A program made the translations under genes and the position numbers. The notes beneath the pieces were generated by a model that saw nothing but the letters and a program-made list of their open reading frames with translations, ran no database searches and was not told the origin of the DNA. From the human T2T-CHM13v2.0 reference genome, Homo sapiens, in NCBI RefSeq assembly GCF_009914755.1, contig NC_060929.1: 64,000 nucleotides of DNA. One strand, 5' to 3'. The first letter of the stretch is position 1. Each line of letters starts with the position of its first letter. Below, in pieces: positions 42,976 to 55,515 of the stretch.

Positions 42976-45362
42976 TGTTTATATTGTTGTATGTTCTTTC
43001 CGTCATGAACAAATCATCTAGCTTAGTTCAGTTTCCTCTTTTTTTTTTTTTTGGCTGTATTTTGGGTTGGATTTAATCCAACAGTCATGCTCATACTGAA
43101 TGCAAACAAGTATTTTAATGTTCCAAATAGGAAAAAACCTAAAGAAGATACATTTCTTTGATGTCATACAGATTTATTTAAGCACATGCAGAAATAGTAG
43201 ATTTAACAATTTTGGCTTTCTAGTTCTGTTGTAAATCAGAAATCATTCACTGATCATTTGGCATATCATATCTACGTACAACATCAGCCTTGGAGAGAAG
43301 TGACTCTTCATTTGTCAGTTTTATCCTTTTGGATTCAGATTAAGCCAACATTTTCATTCAGGAAAAAGAGATTATAAATGGTGGCTATACCATTTTTGCA
43401 AATTCATGTCAACCTAACAAGGCTTAATTTCATTTCCTAGCATCCACCTTTCAACACAGAAAATCCTCAAGCCTGGGTAATCCTGATGAGACAATCTTAG
43501 CCTTGCTTTGATAAAGCACCTGCGAAATTGGACTGGGTTAAAGAATGGTATCGCTACTTCTTTCAAAAAAATTTTTTAAGTGTCCTTTTACATATTCCTA
43601 ATACCAATGCCTTTCATTCATTGGGTTTCAGAATATTTTAAATATTTCCTATGAGGTTATAGGATGTTATTTATTTTTGAAAAAAATATCTCTTATCACA
43701 CACAGTGAACTCACTGACCCTCTCCCTACCTTCGTTGTGTTTCTTTCTGAAAATGCTATTATCTGGTTGAATGTTACAAACATATGTTTTAAGTAGGGAT
43801 TTCTTTTGAGTCTCTTATAAATCAATATCAGGTGGAAAGAAACAAAGCTGCTCAAGTGAGAACAACCAAAGGCTATTTATTCAGAATTTGCTGTAGCTAA
43901 GGAGTCATCCACCATCACTTGCGTTTGGTGTTTGGCAGACCCTCAAAGGCAGGCAGATGAATGAGAACGTTTTATAGTGGAAAAAAGTGAAAGCTGTAGG
44001 TATACCTCGATTGGATTCTGTTGGCATGGGGAAGCTTTAGGAGTTAATACAAGTTCAGAGTCTTATTGACCAGAACAAAGCTATATTGTTACTGACTTCA
44101 TGGCCAGTATTATCCCTGTTCTCAAGAACTTCTTGTGAAGTATCATTTTATTGTTATACTTACCAAATAATTTTTTGCATTTAGATGACTTTGGGCAGCT
44201 TTTACACCTGAGGGAGGATTCCCCCTGTGATCTTCCTTTGCAGTGGTAACTTACTAAGGGGATACAAATTGCTTTAATCAAATAGGAAGATTAAAGGGGT
44301 AAATAATATATATATTTCAAAGCTAGATATAAATCTTGAATTATCCATTCTTTAAGATTACTTTCTTCCCTTTGTTATATACATAAATAAGTAAAAGCAG
44401 TTTGGGGGAATCAGGAGAATGACAAGACCATCAATTAATGCATCTGTGTGTCATCTATGCACTGGGCACTGTGCTGGATGCCTTTCATATACCAACTTGT
44501 ACATTGCTCATTTCGTATTTCAAAATCGGACAGCCTTAGCACCACTCTTTGAATCTAAGGAATTTTTAGAAATTGATCACCCGTCTCTTTTACCATGGCA
44601 TAGAGTCCAAACTACCAATGAGTGTGAATTTGAAATATGTGTGATTTACCAGTAACAGGCTGTTAAATAATGAAAAAATCCTCAGTTAATTTCTTCATAT
44701 TGCCTAAATAGGGAAAAATTGAGACTGTTAATTTTCAGAAACACAGTGCCACTGATGAATGAGAAACATGCACTCATTCAAGAGACTTTTCCCTGAGTTG
44801 CAGAGGATTTTTGGTTTTTTGTAATTCTCATGTAGAAAATTCATTTTGGCCTTATTTATTTTGAGCATTAAAGTCCTCAAAAGGGGCTCCCCAACATTTT
44901 TGTGAGCCACAGGTACTTTTTATTTTCCCTCTAACCTTCCCTACGTTCTCCAAAGGAATATTTGTGGTATACTGACAGTGATGTCTCTGCCTAACCAAAA
45001 ACTCCCACTGCAAAATATGTGCTTCTGTAGAAGATGCTGGTTCAAATATCCTGTTCTCTAGGAGTCCCAACAAGATGTAAAATAGAAGTGAATATAATGG
45101 CCACAAATATGGTGTAGCATTATAGCCAGACAGATTTAGAAATAAGTCCTGGCCCTAAAACTTCTATCTCTGTGATACTGAATAAGTCACTTGTCGGAGA
45201 ATGAGTTTCCTTGAAGGGAGCATGATAAGGATATTCAGGGGATTAATAAAATTCTGTTTATTTATTCACCTGGTTGGTGGTTAGTCTGGTGTTTACAGTT
45301 TGTTAGAATTCATTGTGCATTTGTGAATTTTCTCTATGTGAGTAACACTTCAATTAAAACAG

Positions 45363-45545
45363 CAGTGTGCTGGGGAATATTTCTCCAGTGAGAAGCCCCA
45401 ATTTGTAACACTTGCCGGTCTCCATGGTGTAAATATTCTCGCCACACCTGAATTCATTAATATGAAATCACTGAATGAAGAGTTGGGAAGAGATGTGCAC
45501 ATTTAGCTCTTTTGAGTTAGTATGAGTTGTCTCTAGCACATCCCT
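45363..45545 (-). mobile_element. MER63A-like hAT MITE
   Basis: ccatggtgtaaatattctc...gagttgggaagagatgtgcac...ctagcaca. Confidence 0.7.
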
Positions 45546-46318
45546 AGATAAAATATGTTTAAAAGAAAATTAACTATGTAATGAACCTTTTAACTGTGTT
45601 ATTTTTTAACTTCCTTCAGATTTTGCTTAGCTGTTTTGAAGTGAAAAAGCAATTGACGGAATGGCTTCATGAAAACCTGTTTTTTAATGTAAAATACTTG
45701 TTTCCTCAGCTGCACAAAATTGAATTTTTCATAATCCATAATTCATGACAAAACATCATTGATCCACATATTAATTTTATTTTACCTAATTTACTTACTT
45801 GGTTTTTTTAATTTATTATTTGATGAAGTCTTGTGAACCCACTGCCTAACTCAAAAACTAGAACAGCCTTAGTCACATCTATTTTTTATTTCGTTTTAGT
45901 TACTTTAGTTACATCACATACACACTTGCATACAGATGTGCAATCAGTATGTTTAGTCTTGTCTATTTTTGACTTTTACATAAACAGCTTAGTGTTTTGG
46001 GCTAATGTTTTGATTTAACCTTGTGTTACTAAGATTCACCTATATTGTTAGTTTTCAAATTTAGTTTATTCATTTCCATGGCATAATTCTACTGGCCTTT
46101 TACCTAGTGTTTGCTGTGGCCTGATTTACTTCAGTCTCCATATAGTAGTCTAACTTTCCTCAAAAGCAGGTATGTTGTGCTTTGTTTTGGTCCCCTTTTT
46201 CACAATTTGATGGATTATGAAATCTCTCTCCTCTCTTTTCCCTTATTGCCTTCTATCCAATATACATGTTCTTTGGCAAATGAATGTGTTTTCCCCAAAA
46301 TAGGTCATAAGAAACATC

Positions 46319-48346
46319 TTTTTTTTATTTCTTTAAGTTCTGGGATACATGCGCAGAATGTGCAAGTTTGTTACATAGGTATACATATGCCATGGTGGTA
46401 TTCTGCACCCATCAACCCATCATCTAGGTTTTAAGCCCCACATGCATTAGGTATTTATTCTAATGCTATCCCTCCCCTTGCCTCCCACCCCCGACAGGCC
46501 CCAGTGTGTGGTATTCCCCTCCCGGTGTCCATGTGTTCTCATTGTTCAGTTCCCACTTATGAGTGAGAACATGCAGTGTTTTGTTTTCTGTTCCTGTGTT
46601 AGTTTGCTGAGAATGATGGTTTCCAGCTTCATCCATGTCCCTGCAAAGAACATGAACTGATTCTTTTTTGTGGCTGTATAATATTCCATGGTGTATATGT
46701 GCCACATTTACTTTATCCAGTCTATCATTGATGGGCATTTGGGTTGGTTCCACATCTTTGCTGTTGTAAATAGTGCTGCAGTAAACATACATGTGCATAT
46801 GTCTCTATAGTAGAATGATTTATAATCCTTTGGGTATATACCCAATAATGGGATTGCTGGGTCAAATGGTATTTTTGGTTCTAGATCCTTGAGGAATTGC
46901 CACATTGTCTTCCTCAATGGTTGAACTAATTTACACTCCCACCAACAATGTAAAAGCATTCCTACTTCACATCCTCTCCAGCATCTGTTATTTCCTGACT
47001 TTTTAATGATCACCATTCTAACTGGCTTGAGATGGTATCTCATTGTGGTTTTGATTTGCATTTCTCTAATGACTAGTGATGATGAGCTTTTTTCATATGT
47101 TTGTTGGCTGCATAAGTGTCTTCTTTTGTAAAGTTTCTGTTCATGTCCTTCGCATACTTTTTGATGAGGTTGTTTGTTTTTTCTTGTAAATTTGTTTAAG
47201 TTCCTTGTAAATTCTGGATATTAGCCCTCTGTCAGATGGGTAGATTGCAAAAATTTTCTTCCATTCTGTAGGTTGCCTGTTCACTCTGATGATAGTTTCC
47301 TTTAATGTGCAGAAGCTCTTTAGTTTAATTAGATCCCATTTATCAATTCTAGCTTTTGTTGCCATGGCTTTTGGTGTTTTAGTCATGAAGTCTTTGCCCA
47401 TGCCTATGTCCTGGATGGCATTGTCTATGTTTTCTTCTATGGTTTTTATGGTTTTCAGTCTTACGTTTAGGTCTTTAATCCATCTTAAGTTAATTTTTGT
47501 GTAAGGTGTAAGGGAGGGGTCCAGTTTCAGTTTTCTGCATGTGGCTAGCCAGTTTTCCCAACACAATTTATTAAATAGGGAATCCTTTCCCCATTGCTCA
47601 TTTTTGTCAGGTTTGTCAAAGATCAGATGGCTGTAGATGTGCGGTATTACTTCTGAGGCCTGTGTTCTGTTTCATTGGTCTATATTTCTATTTTGGTACC
47701 AGTACCATGCTGTTTTGGTTTCTGTAGCCTTGTAGTATAGTTTGAAGTCAGGTAGCGTGATGCCTCCAGCTTTGTTCTTTTTGCTTAGGATTGTCTTGCT
47801 AGACAGGCTCTTTTTTGGTGCCATATGAAATTTAAAGTAGTTTTTTCTAATTCTGTGAAAAAATGTCAGTGGTAGTTTGGGAATAGCATTGAATCTAAAT
47901 TACTTTGGGCAGTATGGCCATTTTCACGATACTGATTCTTTCTATCCATGAGGATGAGATGTTTTTCCACTTGTTTGTGTCCTCTTATTTCCTTGAGCAG
48001 TGGTTTGCAGTTCTCCTTCAAGAGGTCCTTCACGTCCCTTGTAAGTTGTATTCCTAGGTATTTTATCCTCTTAGTAGCAATTGTGAATAGGAGTTCACTC
48101 ATGATTTGGCTCACTGTTTGTCTATTATTGGTGTATAAGAATGCTTATGATTTTTGCACATTGATTTAGTATTCTGAGACTTTGCTGAAGTTGTTTATCA
48201 GCTTAAAGAGTTTTTGGGCTGAAACAATGGGGTTTTCCAGATATACAATCATGTTATCTGCAAACAGAGACAATTTGACTTCCTCTCTTCCTATGTGAAT
48301 ACGCTTTATTTATTTCTTTTGCCTGATTGCCCTAGGCAGGGCAATC
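46319..48346 (-). mobile_element. 5'-truncated L1PA (about L1PA7-8)
   Basis: ctttaagttctgggatacatgcgcagaatgtgc 3' end; minus-strand ORF2 C-terminal fragments. Confidence 0.93.
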
Positions 48347-48923
48347 TTAATATGTGTCAATGCCACATAGAAAAGAAATGTGTGTGGGATTCTATGAGGG
48401 TTGCCAAGGAAGTTCTGTTACTAGCAAAACTGAGAGTTGAAAGTGACACCAGGTTCACATTTAAATATCGAATTCATTTATTGGTTATAACTATAATAGT
48501 TATAATATACAGGCTTCTTCTTTTATAAAGTTATTACCATTATAATGTATATCTCTTGTATGTAATTGAATGGAAAAATTGTTGCTAAGGGAATGACCCC
48601 AGAATATTATAGGCTACTAGTAGCCAGAAACATGTGTTTGCACTAAAAGGGATATTGCTCACTCAAGATAATTACCTGTTATCAAAATTTCATCACTGTA
48701 TTTCTTCGAATTGTAGGAAAAGACATAAGGTGGCTTTATGCTACAAGTTTAACTGCTCTAAGCAGATTTTAAAAGAAAATCTTGTAACAATCAAAATTTA
48801 AATAATGCAGGGTAAAAAACTATTAATTCAAAATTAAGGGGAGGGAGTAGAGAGTAGGTGTAAATCGAGAAAAGGACAGGACAGATAGATGTGTATTTAT
48901 TTATATATAAAACAATAAGACCT

Positions 48924-49257
48924 CAGTCCCTTATTACAGTTCCAAAATTCAAAAACTACTGAAAGCCAAAAGTTCAGGAGTTTTCATAATTCACTTATTT
49001 GCAAAACCTGTACTGTTCTGAATGTATGTGGCAGCAAAACCTGACTTGAACTATTTGTTGCTTGGATTTATTCTACTTAGCATATATTTTCATATTTTTG
49101 CTGAAGAAATATTAGTATGTTTAATTTTAGGATGCTGCATCAGACTGTGGTGAGACATTATATCATATTCAGCTTCTCTACCTGTCTGAAATTTTAAAAT
49201 TTCTGAATTCTGAAACATCTCTGATCCTAAGGGTTCTATTAACAGATGATAAACTGT
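48924..49257. mobile_element. Tigger-like DNA transposon remnant
   Basis: cagtcccttatt...ttccaaaattcaaaaa at the start and ttctgaattctgaaaca...aaactg at the end. Confidence 0.5.
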
Positions 49258-49280
49258 AGTTAAGAAATTTTTCGCCCAGA

Positions 49281-50160
49281 CCATGGTTTCTTAACCTGTT
49301 TTGTACCATCAGTCTCTTTGGCAGGCTGTTAAAGCCTATAGATACTTTCTTTAAAACAAGATTTTAAATGCATAAAATAAACTACAGGCTTAAGAAAGTA
49401 ATTACACTGAAAAAGTTTTTTTTTCACTTTGATTCTTTTATTTATTTATTTATTTATTTGTTATTATACTTTAAGTTTTAGGGTACATGTGCACATTGTG
49501 CAGGTTAGTTACATATGTATACATGTGCCATGCTGGTGTGCTGCACCCACTAATTCGTCATCTAGCATTAGGTATATCTCCCAATGCTATCCCTCCCCAC
49601 TCCCCCCACCCCACAACAGTCCCCAGAGTGTGATGTTCCCCTTCCTGTGTCCATGTGATCTCATTGTTCAATTCCCACCTATGAGTGAGAATATGCGGTG
49701 TTTGGTTTTTTGTTCTTGAGATAGTTTACTGAGAATGATGGTTTCCAATTTCATCCATGTCCCTACAAAGGACATGAACTCATCATTTTTTATGGCTGCA
49801 TGAAAAGTTTTTAAAATATTAAAACTCATGATATAGTAATATATGTGCTTCTTTATTAAGGCATTAAATAGAAGTATCTAGTTATGGCTGTAATTGTTAC
49901 TGTAAAGTCTTTGCAATGATTAGTGTAAGTAATATTGGGATATCTGCAGTCACTGGAAGTATCTTTAATTTCTGGTGACAGTGTCACAGGTAGTGCTGAT
50001 ACTGCTGTGATTTGTCTTCTACATTTATCATTGAAGGATATGATACAATTTAAATAGAGATTAGGTAGATAATTATGTTTGTAATTATTTTTCCTATCCA
50101 AGTTCATAGAACACCTCTCCCCTTGCATTTTATCCATGGGTCACAGTTTAAGAAACCTTG
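49281..50160 (+). mobile_element. MER119-like hAT-Charlie element interrupted by an L1
   Basis: TIR-like ends catggtttcttaacc ... gtttaagaaaccttg; internal tttggcaggctgttaaagcctat...aaatgcataaaataaa. Confidence 0.7.
49421..49800 (-). mobile_element. Young L1 (L1PA2-like) 3' fragment with double A-tail
   Basis: gtgcacattgtgcaggttagttac and ccatgtgatctcattg diagnostics. TSD tgaaaa(a)gttttt at 49408 and 49801. Confidence 0.92.
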
Positions 50161-51344
50161 ATTTCTTGAAACATGATTACAAATCTATTGACCATAAATA
50201 TATCTGTCTTCTTTATTAGTTTCCAATGTTTATTCATTTAGGTTCACAAGGTGGTGATGGTGAAGTTCAAATTATGCCTTTACTTTTAGCTAGCGTTATT
50301 TTAGACAGTTCCTACCTTATTTGGGTTTTACTTTACAATAGACACAGCAGCAGAGAGTGTGAATTTATAGGCTGAATTATAGTAACTACATTACTACAAT
50401 TTAGAGTGTATTCTCTTCCAGCCAGATTATAAATTAAGAGGCAATGAAATATTTTCATTTGTCTTTTCTCCTTTTTTTAGTGTCCATGACATTTCATTTC
50501 AAATAAATGAAAAAGAGATACTTTTTTTCCTTTTCTATTATAAATTTCCCTATATCTTAGGTAGAGAGAATTTGCATAGAGGGGCAAGAACCTACTTGTG
50601 TATGTATGCTCTGCTGACATTTCAACATTGACATTTCTAATACTACCAGCTAAGTGATTCCTTAACTTTTAAAATCAAAATACCCCTTATACATGGAGGA
50701 GGAGAACATACCAAAGTAAGATTTTGAATCTTTCAACTTTTAAGAACCATCTGATTAATTCCAAAGGAACCAAGGCATTCTAATTTCCTTCAAATGCAAA
50801 ATTTAATCTCTGTTGTTGCTCATCTACAGTGCTGCAGCCAAAAACCTAGTCCATCACCGTGTCATATTTGGACTGCTACATCAACCTTGGGGAACGTGTC
50901 CTGACTTCAGTCCCTCTAAACTTCTGTTAGTTTTATGCAGAGCTGCCAGCTCTTCCTTGAACATGACTTTTTATCACAAGAGCCCTTCTCTGAAACCTAT
51001 ATTGATTCATAGCACAGCATAAAAATTCTCTATCAGGAAACCCCCAACCCTCTTACTTATTACTTCTAATGTCTCTACCTTTTGTTGCATACCTACATCC
51101 AGATTGCTAGTTCCCATGTCCATACCCTTGCTCATACCATCCTTACCTCTCTTATATTCTTTCCTTCCCATCTTTAATAGTCTAAATCTCACTTCCTTTG
51201 AGGAATGATTTCAAACAGTCCATCCAATGATACATTGTTAAATTAACTCCAGCGTGCTCTAGTCACTTTTTTGGAAATGCCTTTAATATTTTATACTGTC
51301 TTCATTTATGTATTCTCCCATGGAAAATTATCACACCTCTCTTA

Positions 51345-51442
51345 TTTTGAGACAGGGTCTCACTCTGTCACCTGGACTGGAGTGCAGTGCAGTGGCACAG
51401 TCATTGCTCACTGCAGCCTCGAACTCCTGGGCCCACGCAATC
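51345..51442 (-). mobile_element. Alu/FLAM fragment
   Basis: ttttgagacagggtctcactctgtcacc...ctcactgcagcctcgaactcctgggc. Confidence 0.85.
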
Positions 51443-52124
51443 TGTTGTAATTTTAAAAGAGGAAGTGTGTGATAGTTTTGCTCTCCCTAACATTTCCCGT
51501 GATAGCTTTGTCATTGCCAGCAGCAGCACACTTGCAGCAAATTTGAGGTACTTCTTTGTTTCCATGTGCCTCATAGAATACTACCGTCTCTTTTTTTGGC
51601 ATCCCTGTGTGCCCAAGTAAAAGCCTGAAAATTATTTATTCCTTTCTATGTAGAAGTGGAAATGATTTTCAAAAAACCTTACTGAAGGCCCTGCTATGTT
51701 TGTCTGAGATAAATTACTCTTATAATAAGCCACATTTAAGCTAAGCTGTGGGACATCAGAGTAAATCACATGGCTTTGGAAATTGTGATTATGACCACAT
51801 TTATTCAGCTCTGATATTATCTTCAAACTTCAAAGTTTATTTTTGAAGTAAAGCTGATTTTCAATGGAGTACCAAACATTTTGGCATGTATTTGAAACAA
51901 TGTATTTTGGCATATGTTTGGCATGTATTTGAAATTTTGGCACGTATTTAAAACTTTAGTTCGGAACTTAAAGGTAGCCATCAATTTTCAGGCACTCACT
52001 ACAGGAAATGCTACAGGCATTCATTGCCTGGCTGAAATCCATGGGCCAGGTCAACCCAGGTCTCCATAATGCCATTCTGATATAAGTTACCTATTCTGTC
52101 TCTTCCTCCTTCCCAGTAACAATA

Positions 52125-52147
52125 ACACACACACACACACACACACA
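52125..52147. repeat. (CA)n microsatellite
   Basis: About 11 CA units. Confidence 0.95.
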
Positions 52148-52589
52148 AAAGCCTTTAGTGGATCGTAAATCAGTGTATTTCACAGAAATACATGAAAAGA
52201 TTCTAATATCTTTTCATAGAATATTTCATGGAATAAGTGGGTAAACCATTGTATTAATATTTGCCTTGTCTATTTTTATTACATTTTTAGAGGAGACTAC
52301 CGTAATTGATAACTAGCGCCACCCAAGTGAAGAGAAGTTAAATGGTAGGCTTCACTGTTACCAGATTTTACATCACCAAAGCTGTGTGGTCTATATCCTT
52401 TTATCTTCAATTTGACAGTAATTTGCTGGACCAGGAAAAGGGAAATTAATTGAGTAAATGCACTATTTATTTCCCTGTATAGTCATCTAAACAATAAGCA
52501 AACCACTGCAAAATGTTCTTACCTTCCTTCCCCAGGAATTTCAGGGATTCTGGATTATATTTGCTGAATGTGCTCATGGCCTTAAGCAC

Positions 52590-52775
52590 ATTTATTTTAT
52601 GTGCTCATGTCATGCTGTTTATGTATATAGTCTCATTTAATTCTTACAACAGTTCTGTGAGGGAAGTGGCATTCTTCCCATTGTGCTGATAAGTACATTG
52701 AGACTCAGAGAGGTTGAGTAATTTGTCTAAGATCACAAAATCTAGTAAGTGGAAAAGTTGAGAATTCACTTACAC
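52590..52775. mobile_element. MIR
   Basis: ctcatttaattcttacaacag...tgagactcagagaggttgagtaatttgtctaagatcaca. Confidence 0.8.
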
Positions 52776-53494
52776 CTTTCTGAAGCAGTATTTTTTAAGG
52801 ATTTAAAAATTTATTTCTGTATATTACCTGTAATTGCTAGCTATTTGACTATTTTGCTTCTCTCATGTAGCTTTTCAGTTACTGAGGAAAGGATATAATT
52901 TCAAAATCAGTTGCTCATATTAAATTGTATCTGAAAGGAAATTCAAATAATTTTAATGAAAACAAGAAAGTGACCAAGATATAATCACAAAATACCTGAT
53001 GTGTTTTTTGTTTATCCTGCACCATTGAAATATCAGCTTATAATCATATAAATACTTGAAATTGACTTCTTTAAATGTAATTCTTAGTCATTGATTCCTA
53101 CTAGAGTTGAAGAAAACAAAACAGAATAAAATACTTGATTTGAAGGAAACATATTTCATTTGCTTGGTAATATTTCATGTGCTTGGTAATGATTGATTTT
53201 CTGTATCTGTGTATCTGAACTAAAAGTAAATAGCTAAATTAGTGAATGTAGAAAGTAAATAAAAAACTACAACTAAGTGTGAACCAGATTATTGCATTAA
53301 ATAAAAATCACAAAGTGTACATTGTATGAATACCTACTGTTAGTATTTTCTGGCATTTTAATTAAACTGAACCCTCTTTAATGTGGAACATTTGACAGGT
53401 ATATGTTGCTATTGAATATTTAATTAATACATGTTGTCACTTTCATTTTTTATATTTTATTTGATTTTCATGACCAAAGTATGAAAAGTAATTA

Positions 53495-53725
53495 TAGTAT
53501 ATGTTGTATAACAACACTGCATTCAATAATGGACCACATATAAAATAGTCATCCCATAAGACAGTAACATTCTGTATATGTTTGTAGCCTAGGAGCAATA
53601 GGCTATATCATATATCCTAGGTGTGTAGTAGGATATACTATCTAAGTTTGTGTAAGAACACTCTATGGCTTTCACACAATGACAAAATTGCCTAACGACA
53701 CATTTCTCAGAACATATTCCATGGT
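53495..53725 (+). mobile_element. Tigger3/MER7-like MITE
   Basis: ggaccacatataaaatagtcatcccataaga...gtttgtagcctaggagcaataggctata...aattgcctaacgacacatttctcagaac. Confidence 0.8.
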
Positions 53726-55137
53726 TCTGAGAATACACCCCACAGTGGATACAATGGAGTGAATAAAATGTGACTTATCTTAGTAACATGTTGCTGACTA
53801 GCCTAAAGAGCCATAATATATCTCAAGATTATTTGTGCTTTTCTAGGAATTTTAGTTTTATTTAAAGAAACAATTAGTTGGCAATCTAGAGTAGCAGTTA
53901 TGAGTTTTTTGGTTTTTATTTTTTGTTTTCTCACTGTGACACAAATGAAGGAGGATTTCACACACATTCTCAGGAACATTCCCAGGTTTATGCACGTTTC
54001 CCACCTCACCAGCAATAACCCTTCCTCTTCTTTCCCAGTCAAAGAAGAAAATCAGAATGCAGTAAATTTAGAATATATAAAATACAATAGACTAGAAATA
54101 AGGAATTTTAAAACTAACTATTAAACACATATTGTAACTTCTCTTTCATTCAACAAATATTAAGTGAATGGCTACTACATAATAGATAATGTACTAGACA
54201 TAGAGCTTAAGGTCTAGTGAGAGTGGCACACATTAATCAAGCCCTCTTTCACAAATATGTAAAATTCAAACTATGATAAATGCTAAGAAGAAGGACACGT
54301 TTCTATGAGGACATATAAGTAGGGGACCTATTTTAGTTTGAGGAGTCAGGGAAGGCTTTCCAAATTGAAAAAGTGTCCTTTTGGCCAAGATCTAGTAAAT
54401 GAGTAGGAGTTAACTAGGTAAAGAAGTATGAGGGCCAAACATTACAGACAAACAGACCAATGTGTGCCAAGGTCTGTATCCCAGAGAAGAATGGTACATT
54501 TAAGGAAGTAAAAGAAGGACATGCTGAGGCTCAGAGGGCAATGGTATGGGTGGTGAGAGATGAAATAGATGAGGTTAGAGTGGAGTAGGAGGGACCATGA
54601 TACAGATGTTGGTCTTTAGCCTAAGAACAGTTGGAAGATATTGAAGGTTTTTAAACTATGGAGTGGCGTGATAAGAATGACAGTTTGAAAAAAAGCATTT
54701 TGACACAGTATGCAAAAATTATTAGATGCAAGAAAGGATGGTAACGAAAATTAATAGCTTATTGAAGTAGTCCAAGTGAGAGAGAGTGGTGGTTATAAAC
54801 GTAGAAAGACAGGAATGGAGAAATTCAGAGACTAGGATGAAAAGGATTTACTAAGTTGGGAAGAAATGTCAAGGATAATACCTAGGGTACTAGCTTGTGG
54901 AGCTGGATGAATTGAATTAGTTAAAGAAAATTAAAAGTAGTTTGGTTATGGAGAGAAGATTGTGAGTTCAGTATGGATGTATTGAATTGAGGTGCCTTTA
55001 AGACATCACAATGAAAATATCCAAAAGACACTTAAATGTCTAGTTTTGGAGGTCAAAAAAAAGGTCAAGGCTGGAGTACTAAATCTGAAGTTTATCTGTA
55101 TACAAATATTGACAGAAGCTGTAGGTCCATTGCCTAG

Positions 55138-55515
55138 GGTAAAGAAGCCAGCCAAAACCCACCAAAACCAAGATGGTAATGAAAGTGACCTCAGGTTGTC
55201 CTCACTCCTCATGATGCACTAATTATAATATATTAGCATGCTAAAAAACACTCTCACCAGCACCATGACACTTTACAGATGCCAAGGGAATGTCAGGAAG
55301 TTACTCTATACGGTCTAAAAAGGGAAGGAACCCTCAGTTCTGGGGGGAATTGCCCACCCTTTTCCTGGAAAACTCATGAATAATCCACCCCTTGTTTAGC
55401 ATGTAATCAAGAAATAACCATAAAAATAGCCAACCAGCAGCCCTCAGGACTGCTCTGCCTGTGAAATAGCCATTCTTTTATTCCTTTACTTCCTTAATAA
55501 ACTTGCTTTCACTTA
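55138..55515 (+). mobile_element. MER41B-like LTR fragment lacking both LTR termini
   Basis: gtaaagaagccagccaaaacccaccaaaaccaagatgg...ggaaaactcatgaataatccacc...ttaataaacttgctttcactt. Confidence 0.88.
55362..55370. promoter_or_regulatory. GAS (STAT) motif TTCCTGGAA within MER41
   Basis: Matches TTCNNNGAA at the position of the known MER41B tandem GAS sites. Confidence 0.55.

Noticed and set aside
45620-45748. Strong acceptor followed by a 42-codon open frame (ILLSCFEVKK...)
   Set aside because: No good donor and no recognisable homology.
51878-51952. Imperfect repeats of ttttggcatgtatttgaaa
   Set aside because: Short degenerate minisatellite with no further structure.
53150-53190. 19-bp tandem duplication atatttcat(t/g)tgcttggta
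   Set aside because: Common small duplication.
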